From positions 57,583 through 121,582 of the forward strand of contig CBFGUW010000002.1 in assembly GCA_965652395.1 (NCBI GenBank): a DNA stretch of 64,000 nt. The letters are read 5' to 3'. The notes beneath the pieces were generated by a model that was given only the letters and a program-made list of their open reading frames with translations, searched no databases and was not told the origin of the DNA. Position 1 is the first letter of the stretch. The number at the start of each line of letters is the position of its first letter. Position numbers and translations under genes: made by a program. Of the stretch, positions 49,347 through 59,553 are shown in pieces. The stretch is from an uncultured Saccharospirillum sp. Its GTDB lineage: Bacteria; Pseudomonadota; Gammaproteobacteria; Pseudomonadales; Natronospirillaceae.

Positions 49347-51100
49347 CACAACAAAACGACGCAAGCCGTAGTCAAAAACGCGTCCGACTGGGTGACCTCC
49401 TGGTCGAAGCTGGCCTCATCACCGAAGGGCAGCTGAACCTCGCGCTTCAGGAACAAAAGCACACCGGTAAAAAAATCGGCAGGGTGTTGGTCGATATGGG
49501 ATTGGTTCCTGAGAACAAACTGCTGGGCACGCTATCCAACCACTTGAAAATTCCGTTTATCGAGTTGCGCCAGTTCCAGCTGAACAACGATGTGATGCAA
49601 CGCCTTGATGAATCCATCGCCCGCCGTTTCCGTTGCCTGCTGCTGGCCGACAACAACGACGGTCTGCTGCTCGCCATGGCCGACCCGTTGGACTTGATGG
49701 CCATCGACGAGGTTGAAAAACGTCTTAAGAAAACCGTCAAACCGGCCATTGTTCGTGAATCGGAACTGTTGGCCACGCTCGACTCGGTTTATCGTCGGAC
49801 CGGACAAATCGAATCCATCGCAGTGGAACTGGAAGGCGAACTGCGCGACAGCGACTTCGACCTCGCCAACCTCGCCGACGATACGGACCTTCAGGACGCG
49901 CCCGTCGTTCGTCTTCTGCAAAGCCTGCTGGAAGACGCCGTCTCGGTGCGTGCCTCGGACGTTCACATCGAACCGGACGAGGCGGTTTTCCGCATTCGCA
50001 TGAGGGTCGACGGTGTTCTACAGGAACAGGTGATCAAAGAAAAACGGGTCGCCTCAGCGCTCGTGCTGCGCCTTAAAATCATGTCCAACCTGGATATCTC
50101 AGAACGCCGCCTGCCACAGGATGGCCGCTTCAATATTCGGGTCAACAACAAGTCCATTGATGTGCGTCTGTCCACCATGCCCGTTCAATACGGCGAGTCG
50201 GTTGTGATGCGACTGCTTGATCAAAGCGGCGGTGTGCTGTCGCTTGAAGCCCTGGGCATGCCGGAAAGTGTTCGCAAGCGGTTTGAGTTAATGATTGAAC
50301 GGCCACACGGCCTGATTCTCGTTACCGGTCCGACGGGTAGTGGTAAAACCACGACCCTCTATTCGGCTTTAAACCTGCTGAATAAACCGCAAAACAAAAT
50401 CATCACGGCGGAAGACCCGATTGAATACCGGATGAGCCGTATCAACCAGGTTCAGGTCAACCCCAAAATCAATCTCGATTTTGCCAGCATTCTGCGCACC
50501 GCCCTGCGTCAGGACCCGGACATCATTCTCGTCGGCGAGATGCGCGACCACGAAACCGTCTCCATCGGCGTGCGCGCCGCCTTGACCGGCCACCTGGTGA
50601 TGAGCACTTTGCACACCAACGATGCCATATCCAGCGCCATGCGCCTGGCTGACATGGGAGTGGAACCCTATCTGGTCGCCTCGGCACTGCGCGGCGTAAT
50701 GGCGCAGCGACTGCTGCGCAAAGTCTGCGAAGACTGCCGCCAACCACATGAACCCAGCGTACGGGAAAAGCTTTGGTTGCAAAACATGGCCGGAGGCCGA
50801 TTTGTCGACCATCATTTTCACACCGGCGCGGGGTGCTACCAATGCAACAATACCGGCTATCGCGGTCGGGTGGGTGTTTATGAGTGGCTTGAGCTGGATG
50901 AAGCCATGCTCCTGGCACTACGGGACCAAAACCACAATGCTTTTGTCGACGCTGCGCGACGCAACCCCAACTTTAAATCGATGGAAGAATGGGCTCTGGA
51001 ATATGCCGAAGCCGGCATTACCGATCTGAATGAAGTGTTCAAGATCACCGCCGATCTGAACGAAGACTCATCGACTGAACAGACGACCCAACATGGCTGA
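49343..51100 (+). CDS. mshE: MSHA pilus extension ATPase MshE (GspE family) with N-terminal c-di-GMP-binding MshEN domain
   Basis: RLGDLLVEAGLITEGQLNLALQEQ...GRVLVDMGLV MshEN motifs; Walker A GPTGSGKTTT; tetracysteine CxxC...CxxC zinc motif. Confidence 0.85.
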   Translation: MTQQNDASRSQKRVRLGDLLVEAGLITEGQLNLALQEQKHTGKKIGRVLVDMGLVPENKLLGTLSNHLKIPFIELRQFQLNNDVMQRLDESIARRFRCLLLADNNDGLLLAMADPLDLMAIDEVEKRLKKTVKPAIVRESELLATLDSVYRRTGQIESIAVELEGELRDSDFDLANLADDTDLQDAPVVRLLQSLLEDAVSVRASDVHIEPDEAVFRIRMRVDGVLQEQVIKEKRVASALVLRLKIMSNLDISERRLPQDGRFNIRVNNKSIDVRLSTMPVQYGESVVMRLLDQSGGVLSLEALGMPESVRKRFELMIERPHGLILVTGPTGSGKTTTLYSALNLLNKPQNKIITAEDPIEYRMSRINQVQVNPKINLDFASILRTALRQDPDIILVGEMRDHETVSIGVRAALTGHLVMSTLHTNDAISSAMRLADMGVEPYLVASALRGVMAQRLLRKVCEDCRQPHEPSVREKLWLQNMAGGRFVDHHFHTGAGCYQCNNTGYRGRVGVYEWLELDEAMLLALRDQNHNAFVDAARRNPNFKSMEEWALEYAEAGITDLNEVFKITADLNEDSSTEQTTQHG

Positions 51101-52340
51101 GTTTTTTTACCGGGGCCGTACCCAGGACGGCCAGGCCGTTGAAGGTGTATTGGAAGCCGCTTCCCAGGGAGCGCTGCTGCAACAGCTGAAGCGCCAGAAC
51201 ATCATCCCCACTACCGTACAACCTGCTGGAAAACGAGCGGGCTCGGGCGGTTCAAAGTTCAAACTCGACGTTTCGATGGGCGAGCTGCTGAATCGGAAGA
51301 AAAAAGTCAGCACCGATGAACTGATCATGTTCTGTCGCCAGATGTTTGCCCTCACCCGCTCGGGCATTCCGCTGATGCGTGCCATCAACGGTCTCGCCGA
51401 TGCAACGCGTTCACCGCGCCTCGGCGAAGTACTGCGCGACATTACCCGCAGCCTGACCCAGGGCACCACTCTCTCCACAGCGTTTCGCGGCCACCCGGAT
51501 GTGTTCAACGATTTATTCATCTCGATGATTCGCATGGGGGAATCCACCGGGCAACTGGACACCGCGTTCAAGCAGCTGATTACCCATCTTGAGCTGGAAA
51601 AAGAAACAAAAAAACGCATTGCCTCGGCCACGCGTTACCCCATCATTGTGGTCAGCGCCATTATGGTGGCCATGCTGGTAATTAACTTCTGGGTGATTCC
51701 CGCCTTTGCCGGCGTGTTCGCCAAACTCGGCGCCGACCTGCCGATACCCACCCGCATTCTCATCGGCAGTTCCGAATTCATGCTCAGTACCTGGCCTTAC
51801 CTGCTGGGGCTGATCGCGCTGTGTCTCTACGCGTTCTTCCGGTGGAAAAAGACATCGGAAGGCCGTCTGAAATGGGATCGTCTGATTCTGAAATTCCCGC
51901 TGCTGGGCGGCGTCTACGAACGCATTGCGCTCGGACGCTTCGCACGCCCCTTCGCTATGATGCTGGAAGCCGGAGTTCCGCTGCTGCAGGCACTGAATGT
52001 CGCCAGCCGCACCACCGGTAACCGCTATATCGGTCGCGGTATAGAAGGCATGGTGGGTGGCATCGAGCGGGGCGAATCACTGCTCGCCACCGCATCGGCG
52101 AGCGGCATGTTCAACCCCCTGATTCTGCAAATGATCGCCGTTGGCGAGGAAACCGGTAACGTCAGTGACTTGCTCGTCGACATCGCGGATTTTTACGACC
52201 AGGAAGTGGAATACGATCTCAAACGCCTCGCCGAAGCCATAGAACCCATACTGTTGGTATTCATGGGCGCCATGGTATTGGTGCTGGCTCTGGGCGTGTT
52301 TTTACCGATGTGGGATTTGGGGTCGGCGTTTGGGGGGTAG
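51093..52340 (+). CDS. mshG: MSHA platform protein MshG (GspF/PilC family)
   Basis: Two GspF repeats, 3 TM; overlaps mshE stop. Confidence 0.8.
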   Translation: MAEFFYRGRTQDGQAVEGVLEAASQGALLQQLKRQNIIPTTVQPAGKRAGSGGSKFKLDVSMGELLNRKKKVSTDELIMFCRQMFALTRSGIPLMRAINGLADATRSPRLGEVLRDITRSLTQGTTLSTAFRGHPDVFNDLFISMIRMGESTGQLDTAFKQLITHLELEKETKKRIASATRYPIIVVSAIMVAMLVINFWVIPAFAGVFAKLGADLPIPTRILIGSSEFMLSTWPYLLGLIALCLYAFFRWKKTSEGRLKWDRLILKFPLLGGVYERIALGRFARPFAMMLEAGVPLLQALNVASRTTGNRYIGRGIEGMVGGIERGESLLATASASGMFNPLILQMIAVGEETGNVSDLLVDIADFYDQEVEYDLKRLAEAIEPILLVFMGAMVLVLALGVFLPMWDLGSAFGG

Positions 52341-52357
52341 TTATATCAGAGCAGAAT

Positions 52358-53035
52358 TCAAACCGGCCGCACATCCGCGAAAACAAACTGACCTCGTTGG
52401 ATGACTTCGCCCACCTCTATGTCGATAGGGGAATCAAAAAACGGGGCATCGAATACAAAGCTGTGGAACTCCCCGTTTTCACCACAGGGGTCTACCTTTT
52501 CAGGCAGGTTCTCCAAAAGGGCGTCGTCATAATAGCGGCCGACGTATTCTCCGGGAAGCTGTTCCGTATCCACGCAGGTCAGAACTGTTTTAATCCCCGT
52601 TTTCACCATTTGGCGGGAGAGGGTTTTGGTATCGAGCCCCCAAATCGGAAACAGGGGCGTAATACCCGTGCCTTCAAGGTTTCTCTCACGATAGCGCCTA
52701 ACGTCCTCCAGAAAGAGATCCCCGAAGGCAAAACAGTCGATTTCACGCCGTTTGACATCCTCCACAAAGGCACTCATGAGGTGTTCATATTCGTCATTGG
52801 GGCAAGGGTTTGGTATCTCTATAATCTCCAGAGGAAGACCAATCCGGCTTGCTTGTTGCTCAAGGAGCTCCCGCCGAACGCCATGCATCGCGACGCGGTC
52901 ATATTCGGCGTTCAGGGTGGAGAAGAGACCCACCACCTCCACATCGGCGTTATTCAACAGTGCCTGCAGAGCCCAGGCGCTGTCTTTGCCACTGCTCCAT
53001 GACATCAATACTCGTGATTTAGCGTTTTTTGGCAT
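52358..53035 (-). CDS. PP-loop ATP pyrophosphatase, MJ0570/Dph6-related (DUF71) family
   Basis: SWSSGKDS PP-loop motif; 225 aa. Confidence 0.7.
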   Translation of the reverse strand: MPKNAKSRVLMSWSSGKDSAWALQALLNNADVEVVGLFSTLNAEYDRVAMHGVRRELLEQQASRIGLPLEIIEIPNPCPNDEYEHLMSAFVEDVKRREIDCFAFGDLFLEDVRRYRERNLEGTGITPLFPIWGLDTKTLSRQMVKTGIKTVLTCVDTEQLPGEYVGRYYDDALLENLPEKVDPCGENGEFHSFVFDAPFFDSPIDIEVGEVIQRGQFVFADVRPV

Positions 53036-53184
53036 TGCCGGTCACATCTCTTACTGAAAGACGAAATGAGGTTTGATTTCAGTCTATCACTTATCACTCT
53101 CTTAAGGCCCAGCTCTGGAAATGATTCGCCCGCACCGCCATAGTAGAGGCTGAGAGTTGGCATTTACTACAGGGAGTACTCATT

Positions 53185-54138
53185 GTGAATACGAAAACCG
53201 TCGCATTGGTTCTAGGCAGCGGAGGGGCGCGCGGTATCGCCCATATCGGCATCATTCGCTGCCTGGAGGATTACGGTTACGATATACGTTGCATCGCCGG
53301 TTCCAGCATCGGCGCGCTGATTGGCGGCTTCTACGCCGCCGGCAAGCTCGACAGCTATCAAAGCTGGGTGTGTGCGCTGGAACGGTCGGACGTGCTGCGC
53401 CTGCTCGACCTGAGCTTCAACGGTGGCGGGCTGTTCAAGGGCTATAAGATCATGGATGTGCTCAAACGCCTCGTTGGTGATGCCCAGATCGACGAACTGC
53501 CCATCGACTTTACCGCTGTCGCAGTCGATATCGAACGCCAGAAGGAAATCTGGTTTACCGATGGTTCGTTGTTCGAGGCCATCCGGGCTTCCATTGCCAT
53601 TCCTTCGGTGTTTCGACCGCACACCTACAGAGGCATGATGCTGGTGGATGGTGGCGTGCTCAACCCCGTGCCCATCGCACCGACATTGCGGACGACCACT
53701 GATCTCACTCTGGCGGTCAATTTGAACGGTCGCGAGGAAATGCCTGCCTTGAGGCACGGCCAAAACGAACAGAAGCCGGTGAAATTGAGCGAAGAATCCC
53801 AGAGCACCGTCCATAAGGCGATCAATCGCTTCATCGACCGGTGGTGGACTGAAAACGAAGTGAAAGAACCCCAAAACCAATGGAGCGTACTCGAATTGAT
53901 GACCCGCTCCATCGATACCATGCAGAACAGCATCGCTCACATGAAACTGGCCGCGCACCGGCCGGACATCATGATCGAAGTCCCGCGCAGCACCGGCGGT
54001 CTGTTCGACTACCACCTGTCGGACCAAATGATTGAAGAAGGTTACCGCCTGTGCGAGGAGGCGCTGCATCGATATGAAAGCCGTATGGCGCCCAGCGAGC
54101 CCTTGGAAGAAGCGCAAAACGGAGTCGAGGTACAATAA
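53185..54138 (+). CDS. patatin-like phospholipase family protein
   Basis: GSGGARG oxyanion motif, GSSIG (GxSxG) nucleophile, DGG catalytic Asp motif. Confidence 0.8.
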   Translation: MNTKTVALVLGSGGARGIAHIGIIRCLEDYGYDIRCIAGSSIGALIGGFYAAGKLDSYQSWVCALERSDVLRLLDLSFNGGGLFKGYKIMDVLKRLVGDAQIDELPIDFTAVAVDIERQKEIWFTDGSLFEAIRASIAIPSVFRPHTYRGMMLVDGGVLNPVPIAPTLRTTTDLTLAVNLNGREEMPALRHGQNEQKPVKLSEESQSTVHKAINRFIDRWWTENEVKEPQNQWSVLELMTRSIDTMQNSIAHMKLAAHRPDIMIEVPRSTGGLFDYHLSDQMIEEGYRLCEEALHRYESRMAPSEPLEEAQNGVEVQ

Positions 54139-54177
54139 ACGGACAGGGGAGGCGTATTTTCACGCCCCCCTCTTGGA

Positions 54178-55188
54178 TCAGCGGTGATCGCTGTCCCAAT
54201 TGAACAGCAAGGCGGCGATCAACAGGAAGATAGCCGACATCCCGGCTAGAATCAGTAAGTGGTCACTCACTTGCATCAGTGTCGCACCCTCGGTCGTAAT
54301 CTCCCTGGCGGCCGATACCAAATGGGTTAACGGCAGCAACTGGGAGACCTGATGCACGCTCTCCGGTGCGCCTTCCAGCGAGAACCACACTTCCGACAGC
54401 CCCATCATCGGCCAAGTGGCCATGTTCATCAGCCCCCCCGTCAACTCTTCGCTGCGGGTACGGCTGGCTACGGCCAGACCGAGGGAAATCATTGCCAGGG
54501 CGCCCAATACAATAGTCAGCACCAAGGGACCATAGGAACCCAACATCAGAGTGCCCAACGCCCAATGGCTGCCAAAGAACAGAATGGCGGCGATCACCAT
54601 GACGGTAAGCAGGCGAGAGAGAATCTGAGCACCGACAAATTCGAACGCCGATAAGGGTGTCGCTTTCAACCGCTTCAATACACCGTTCTTGCGGTAGCGA
54701 ACAATCGCGTACCCCACCCCGAACAGTGAACTGAACATAATATTCATGCCGATCACACCCGGCAGCACCCAATCCACGTAACGAATCGGCTCACCATGGA
54801 CCAGTCGCCGGTTGAAATCCGTGTCCTCGGCGACCAACAGGCGCTCGGCCATATAGCCATTGCGGCTTTCCTCGTTGACCCAGTACAGGCGTTTGTCGAG
54901 ATCCAACAACAGATCGATCTGATGGCGGCGCACCCGGTCGATGGCGACATCCTGCTCCTCATAGGGCACGAACTGAATATGGTTCAGCGCCATGAAGCGG
55001 GGTTTGGTGATGTAAGCATCTTCCTGGCTGATCACCCCGACTTTGAACATGGGCATGCCCTGCCCGAAGATAAAGTAGAAACCGAAGACCAACAGGAACG
55101 GAAAGGCCAGGTTCCAGGCCAGTGAACTACGGTCGCGCCAGAATTCTTTATTGCGGGCGTTAAATACCGCCAGCATGCGTGTCAGCAT
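54178..55188 (-). CDS. ABC-2 type transporter permease
   Basis: 6 TM ABC-2 architecture; follows ATPase gene. Confidence 0.7.
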   Translation of the reverse strand: MLTRMLAVFNARNKEFWRDRSSLAWNLAFPFLLVFGFYFIFGQGMPMFKVGVISQEDAYITKPRFMALNHIQFVPYEEQDVAIDRVRRHQIDLLLDLDKRLYWVNEESRNGYMAERLLVAEDTDFNRRLVHGEPIRYVDWVLPGVIGMNIMFSSLFGVGYAIVRYRKNGVLKRLKATPLSAFEFVGAQILSRLLTVMVIAAILFFGSHWALGTLMLGSYGPLVLTIVLGALAMISLGLAVASRTRSEELTGGLMNMATWPMMGLSEVWFSLEGAPESVHQVSQLLPLTHLVSAAREITTEGATLMQVSDHLLILAGMSAIFLLIAALLFNWDSDHR

Positions 55189-55206
55189 TGCTCAGTCTCC
55201 AAGGGG

Positions 55207-56085
<879 letters not shown>

Positions 56086-56312
56086 GCTTTTTTCACTGTG
56101 GTTGCCCTGCCCCGGCCCGCTACAATGCGGCGGGTAGAGACTAGAGAATTAAGTCGACGCTTTCCATGGCCGATAAGTCATTCAATTGAACGGCCCCTAA
56201 GTGTTAGACTGACCTGTCAAAATCGCAGCCGGCAAGGCTGTGTGCCTGCTCTCTCTTTTCTGCTTTTTCTTACCGGTCACCGGGCAGGCCGTCACAACAT
56301 TGAGGTAGCTGT

Positions 56313-57077
56313 GTGATTCCCGAAAAAGTCCTGGTGGTGTCTCCGGCTCTGGCAGAGACACTGGGCCTGGAAGAGGCGCTATTGTACCAGTTGCTGACCG
56401 AGCTGGCCCTACTGGGTGGTCAACCGTTACAGCTGACGGAAGAGCATCGCCGTCGGCTGCTTCCCTTTTGGAGCCCGACCCAACTCAGCTCGGTACTGCG
56501 TCGTCTACAGGCGCAGGGCTTGCTGACAGCGGAAGGGAGCGCTCCCTGGCAGGTCAGACTGATCGATCTCGACAACGAAGCAACGGAACCTGAGCCGGAG
56601 GCCAAAGCCACTGCACCGGCTGTGAGTCAACCCGTCGAACCACTCAATCGAGTGCCTGTGTTCGGAATGAACGATGCCCGGCGGCGGAACCAAATGGAAG
56701 ACGACCTGGCTTATCTGCGTAACGATCAGGCTCCCCAGGAATCGGTCAGAGCGGAACGGACGCGGATGCACGACAGCTGGGAACCCTCGGAAGACTTTCC
56801 CCGATTACTGTCTTTCCACGACATCCCACTGACGTTCGCCTTATCCGAACTGGCCAAGTTCCGTCAGTACTACCAGGATAAGGACAGAGCGGAATACAGC
56901 TGGGATGTTCGTTTTTTAAACTGGGTCCAACGGGCCTGGCACGACCAACTGAATAACAAGGGCCGATATGAGCGTACCCAACGAACCCAAAACACCCCAG
57001 AGAGTGCAAACCCTGCTCGGGAAAAGCGGGCCAAAGTTCGTGAAGCCCTTCGAAACATCCAAGACACAGACTGGTGA
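56313..57077 (+). CDS. DnaT-like protein (N-terminal winged-helix-like region, acidic linker, C-terminal DnaT ssDNA-binding domain homolog)
   Basis: C-terminal WEPSEDFPRLLSFHDI...ELAKFRQYYQDKD...VRFLNWVQRAWHD parallels E. coli DnaT C-terminus (YPDWQPDADFIRLAALWGV...ELASFIAYWQAEGK...VQWQQKLARSLQ). Confidence 0.6.
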   Translation: MIPEKVLVVSPALAETLGLEEALLYQLLTELALLGGQPLQLTEEHRRRLLPFWSPTQLSSVLRRLQAQGLLTAEGSAPWQVRLIDLDNEATEPEPEAKATAPAVSQPVEPLNRVPVFGMNDARRRNQMEDDLAYLRNDQAPQESVRAERTRMHDSWEPSEDFPRLLSFHDIPLTFALSELAKFRQYYQDKDRAEYSWDVRFLNWVQRAWHDQLNNKGRYERTQRTQNTPESANPAREKRAKVREALRNIQDTDW

Positions 57078-57765
57078 CGCTTCACCGCTGGATCACGAAA
57101 CCAAACTGCTGATCAACATGCTGTTCGCTCGGCTGCAGCTCATTTACACCCACCGTTTCGAAAGCGCCTACGGCGATGAGACCACCATCACCCAGGCCAA
57201 ACGCGAGTGGGGGTACAGTCTGGCCGGTTGCCCCAGGGAACGCATCGAATATGCTTTGGAACGCTGCAAACTGGAGTTGGCCTGGCCCCCGACCATCGCC
57301 GAATTCCGCGCCTATCTGGAACCCCGGCCCGAGGACCTCGGTTTGCCATCCACCCGCGAGGCCTACCTGGAAGCCTGCCAGAAAAGCCATGCCCCGCTGC
57401 GGGAGCGCTGGTCACACATTGCCGTCCACCTGGCAGCCAGAAACACCGGCTATTTCTCGCTCCGGTCGGAGTCCGAACGACTGACCTGGCCATCTTTCGA
57501 GAAAGCTTATAAAGAAGTGGTCTCGCGCTATGCCGATGGCGAAGAGCTGGTCATCGACACTCCAATAGCCCTGCCCGAGCCAGACCTGAGCGCCGAAGAG
57601 CGGTTGGTGGAACAGCTGGTGGCGGCCGGAGTGGAAAAAGCCGAGGCCTACCCTCTGGCCTACTACTTGGAAAAGCCCCAGGGCAGTGCCGTGAGAACGC
57701 GTTATCGGGAGCGGGCGCAACACCAACTCAAGGCGTTGAACATAGAGCTGACACTGCCGGATTAG
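56968..57765 (+). CDS. phage lambda replication protein P-like helicase-loader homolog (start uncertain: 56968 with 110-bp overlap, or 57118)
   Basis: LLINMLFARLQ...REWGYSLAG...LAWPPTIAEFRAY aligns in order with lambda P GVFSQLLATF...RQWVLAFREN...PFLPSPGQFVAWC; N-terminal length matches lambda P if 56968 start used. Confidence 0.5.
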   Translation: MSVPNEPKTPQRVQTLLGKSGPKFVKPFETSKTQTGDASPLDHETKLLINMLFARLQLIYTHRFESAYGDETTITQAKREWGYSLAGCPRERIEYALERCKLELAWPPTIAEFRAYLEPRPEDLGLPSTREAYLEACQKSHAPLRERWSHIAVHLAARNTGYFSLRSESERLTWPSFEKAYKEVVSRYADGEELVIDTPIALPEPDLSAEERLVEQLVAAGVEKAEAYPLAYYLEKPQGSAVRTRYRERAQHQLKALNIELTLPD

Positions 57766-57784
57766 TCCAGCGAATTGCCCGCAA

Positions 57785-58705
57785 TCAGGGGTTAACCGCC
57801 AGCTTTTCGCGATAGAAATCGATAAAAGCCCGTACCTTGGTCGGCATCTGCTTCCGGCTGGGATAGAGGGCAAACATCTGGTTGACCGGCAAACCTTTGA
57901 TATCGAACCGATATTCAGGCATCAATGCCACCAACTCGCTACGCTCAAGCGCCTCGCCGATCAGCAGATCCGGCAGCAGCGCCAACCCCAGATGCTGTTT
58001 AACGCCGCTGATAACCGCCGCTACCGAATGGCTGGCTACCCGGCTGTCGACATCCAGACTGTGATGGTCTTTTCCCTTCGTGCAGATCAATGACCGATAG
58101 TGTTTAAAGGTCAAAAAGGGATGATTCGACAGATCGGCGATGGTCCTGGGCTCCCCTCTTTCCGCCAGATAGTTCGGAGTGGCGCACAGCACCAGCCGGA
58201 CATCGGCGAAGGGCACCGCTATGTATGACGAATCAACCAGGCGCCCCACCCGAATCACCAGATCGAGTTGATCGGCCACCATATCCTGGAGGCTGTCGTC
58301 GCATTGAATTTCAAGCCTGATGTCCGGAAACCGGTTTAGAAATTCACCCAGGTGGGGCGCGATTTTCGCTTCCATCCAGGTGTGAGGAGCGCTGACCCGG
58401 AGCAGCCCAGAGGGCCTATCATGAAACTCGCTGACAGCCTGATGGGCCTCCGTCACCCGCCGCTGCACATCACGCGCCTTCTCATAATACAGCTGGCCCG
58501 CCTCGGTAAGGTTCAAACAGCGCGTGGTACGTTGCAGCAGCCGCACATTCAAATGCGCTTCGAGCGCATTCACCTGACGCGACACCGATGGCTGTGACAG
58601 CCCCAACCGCCGTGCGGCCTCGGAAAAGCTGCCGCTGTCGACCACGGCGATAAACACCTGCATGGATGCCAGAAGATTGGTATTCAGCAAAACCGGCTCA
58701 CTCAT
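57785..58705 (-). CDS. LysR family transcriptional regulator
   Basis: N-terminal HTH (FIAVVDSGSFSEAARRLGLSQPSVSRQVNALE), C-terminal LysR substrate-binding domain. Confidence 0.85.
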   Translation of the reverse strand: MSEPVLLNTNLLASMQVFIAVVDSGSFSEAARRLGLSQPSVSRQVNALEAHLNVRLLQRTTRCLNLTEAGQLYYEKARDVQRRVTEAHQAVSEFHDRPSGLLRVSAPHTWMEAKIAPHLGEFLNRFPDIRLEIQCDDSLQDMVADQLDLVIRVGRLVDSSYIAVPFADVRLVLCATPNYLAERGEPRTIADLSNHPFLTFKHYRSLICTKGKDHHSLDVDSRVASHSVAAVISGVKQHLGLALLPDLLIGEALERSELVALMPEYRFDIKGLPVNQMFALYPSRKQMPTKVRAFIDFYREKLAVNP

Positions 58706-58803
58706 ACGTTTTTCAAATAAATACTATGCGCCTGGGCATTATTGTCAAAAATCATTTATGAAATAACAATCGTCGCCTCCACATCACGCTTAAGAGGTTC
58801 ATC

Positions 58804-59544
58804 GTGCCATTTACGCTCTCTGGGAAAACCGTTTTGATCACAGGGGCCAACCGGGGTATCGGCTTGGGTTTTGTCACCACCCTGTTGGAGGCCGGAGTCA
58901 GCCGGATTTACGCCACCGCCCGTCAGGCGGAGGGGTTACAGCAATTGGCGGATATGAATGCGGACATCATTCGGGCGCTGCCGCTGGACCTGAACGATAC
59001 CGCCTCCATTCAGGCACTGGCCGGGCAGATTGAATCACTGGACATTCTGGTCAACAACGCAGGGACCATCGCCGCCACACGCTGCAGCGACGATAACGCC
59101 GTAGAAATGATCCGCCAGGAAATGGAAACCAACCTGTTTGGAGCGATGAAATTGACCTCTGAACTATTGCCCTTGCTCAGGCAATCCCAAGAGGCGGCGA
59201 TTGTGAACGTGTCATCCATCGCCGCGATCTGCAACTTTCCGTCCATTGGCACCTACTCGGTGACCAAAGCGGCCATGCAATCCTATACCGAAGGCCTGCG
59301 GGCGGATCTGGCCGGATCGTCGATTCAGGTGGTTGGAGTGTACCCGGGCCCGCACGACACCCGCTTGGCTGCCGGCACCGAGATGGATAAACCGGCTCCT
59401 GACAATGTGGCGGTAAAGACGTTCGAGGGCCTGGAACAGGGCAGTCTGGACATCTACCCCGACGAATTTTCGGCCCAGATGAGAAGTCTGTTCCGGGAGG
59501 ATGAGGCAAAACTGGCCCAACTCTTTGCCCAGATGAGCCAGTAG
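58804..59544 (+). CDS. SDR family oxidoreductase
   Basis: TGANRGIG cofactor motif, YxxxK catalytic (YSVTK). Confidence 0.8.
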   Translation: MPFTLSGKTVLITGANRGIGLGFVTTLLEAGVSRIYATARQAEGLQQLADMNADIIRALPLDLNDTASIQALAGQIESLDILVNNAGTIAATRCSDDNAVEMIRQEMETNLFGAMKLTSELLPLLRQSQEAAIVNVSSIAAICNFPSIGTYSVTKAAMQSYTEGLRADLAGSSIQVVGVYPGPHDTRLAAGTEMDKPAPDNVAVKTFEGLEQGSLDIYPDEFSAQMRSLFREDEAKLAQLFAQMSQ

Positions 59545-59553
59545 ATAGAAGGG

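Noticed and set aside
54139-54177. Possible terminator hairpin between convergent patatin and ABC-2 permease genes
   Set aside because: Only a short (~5-bp) imperfect stem and no clear U-tract on either strand.
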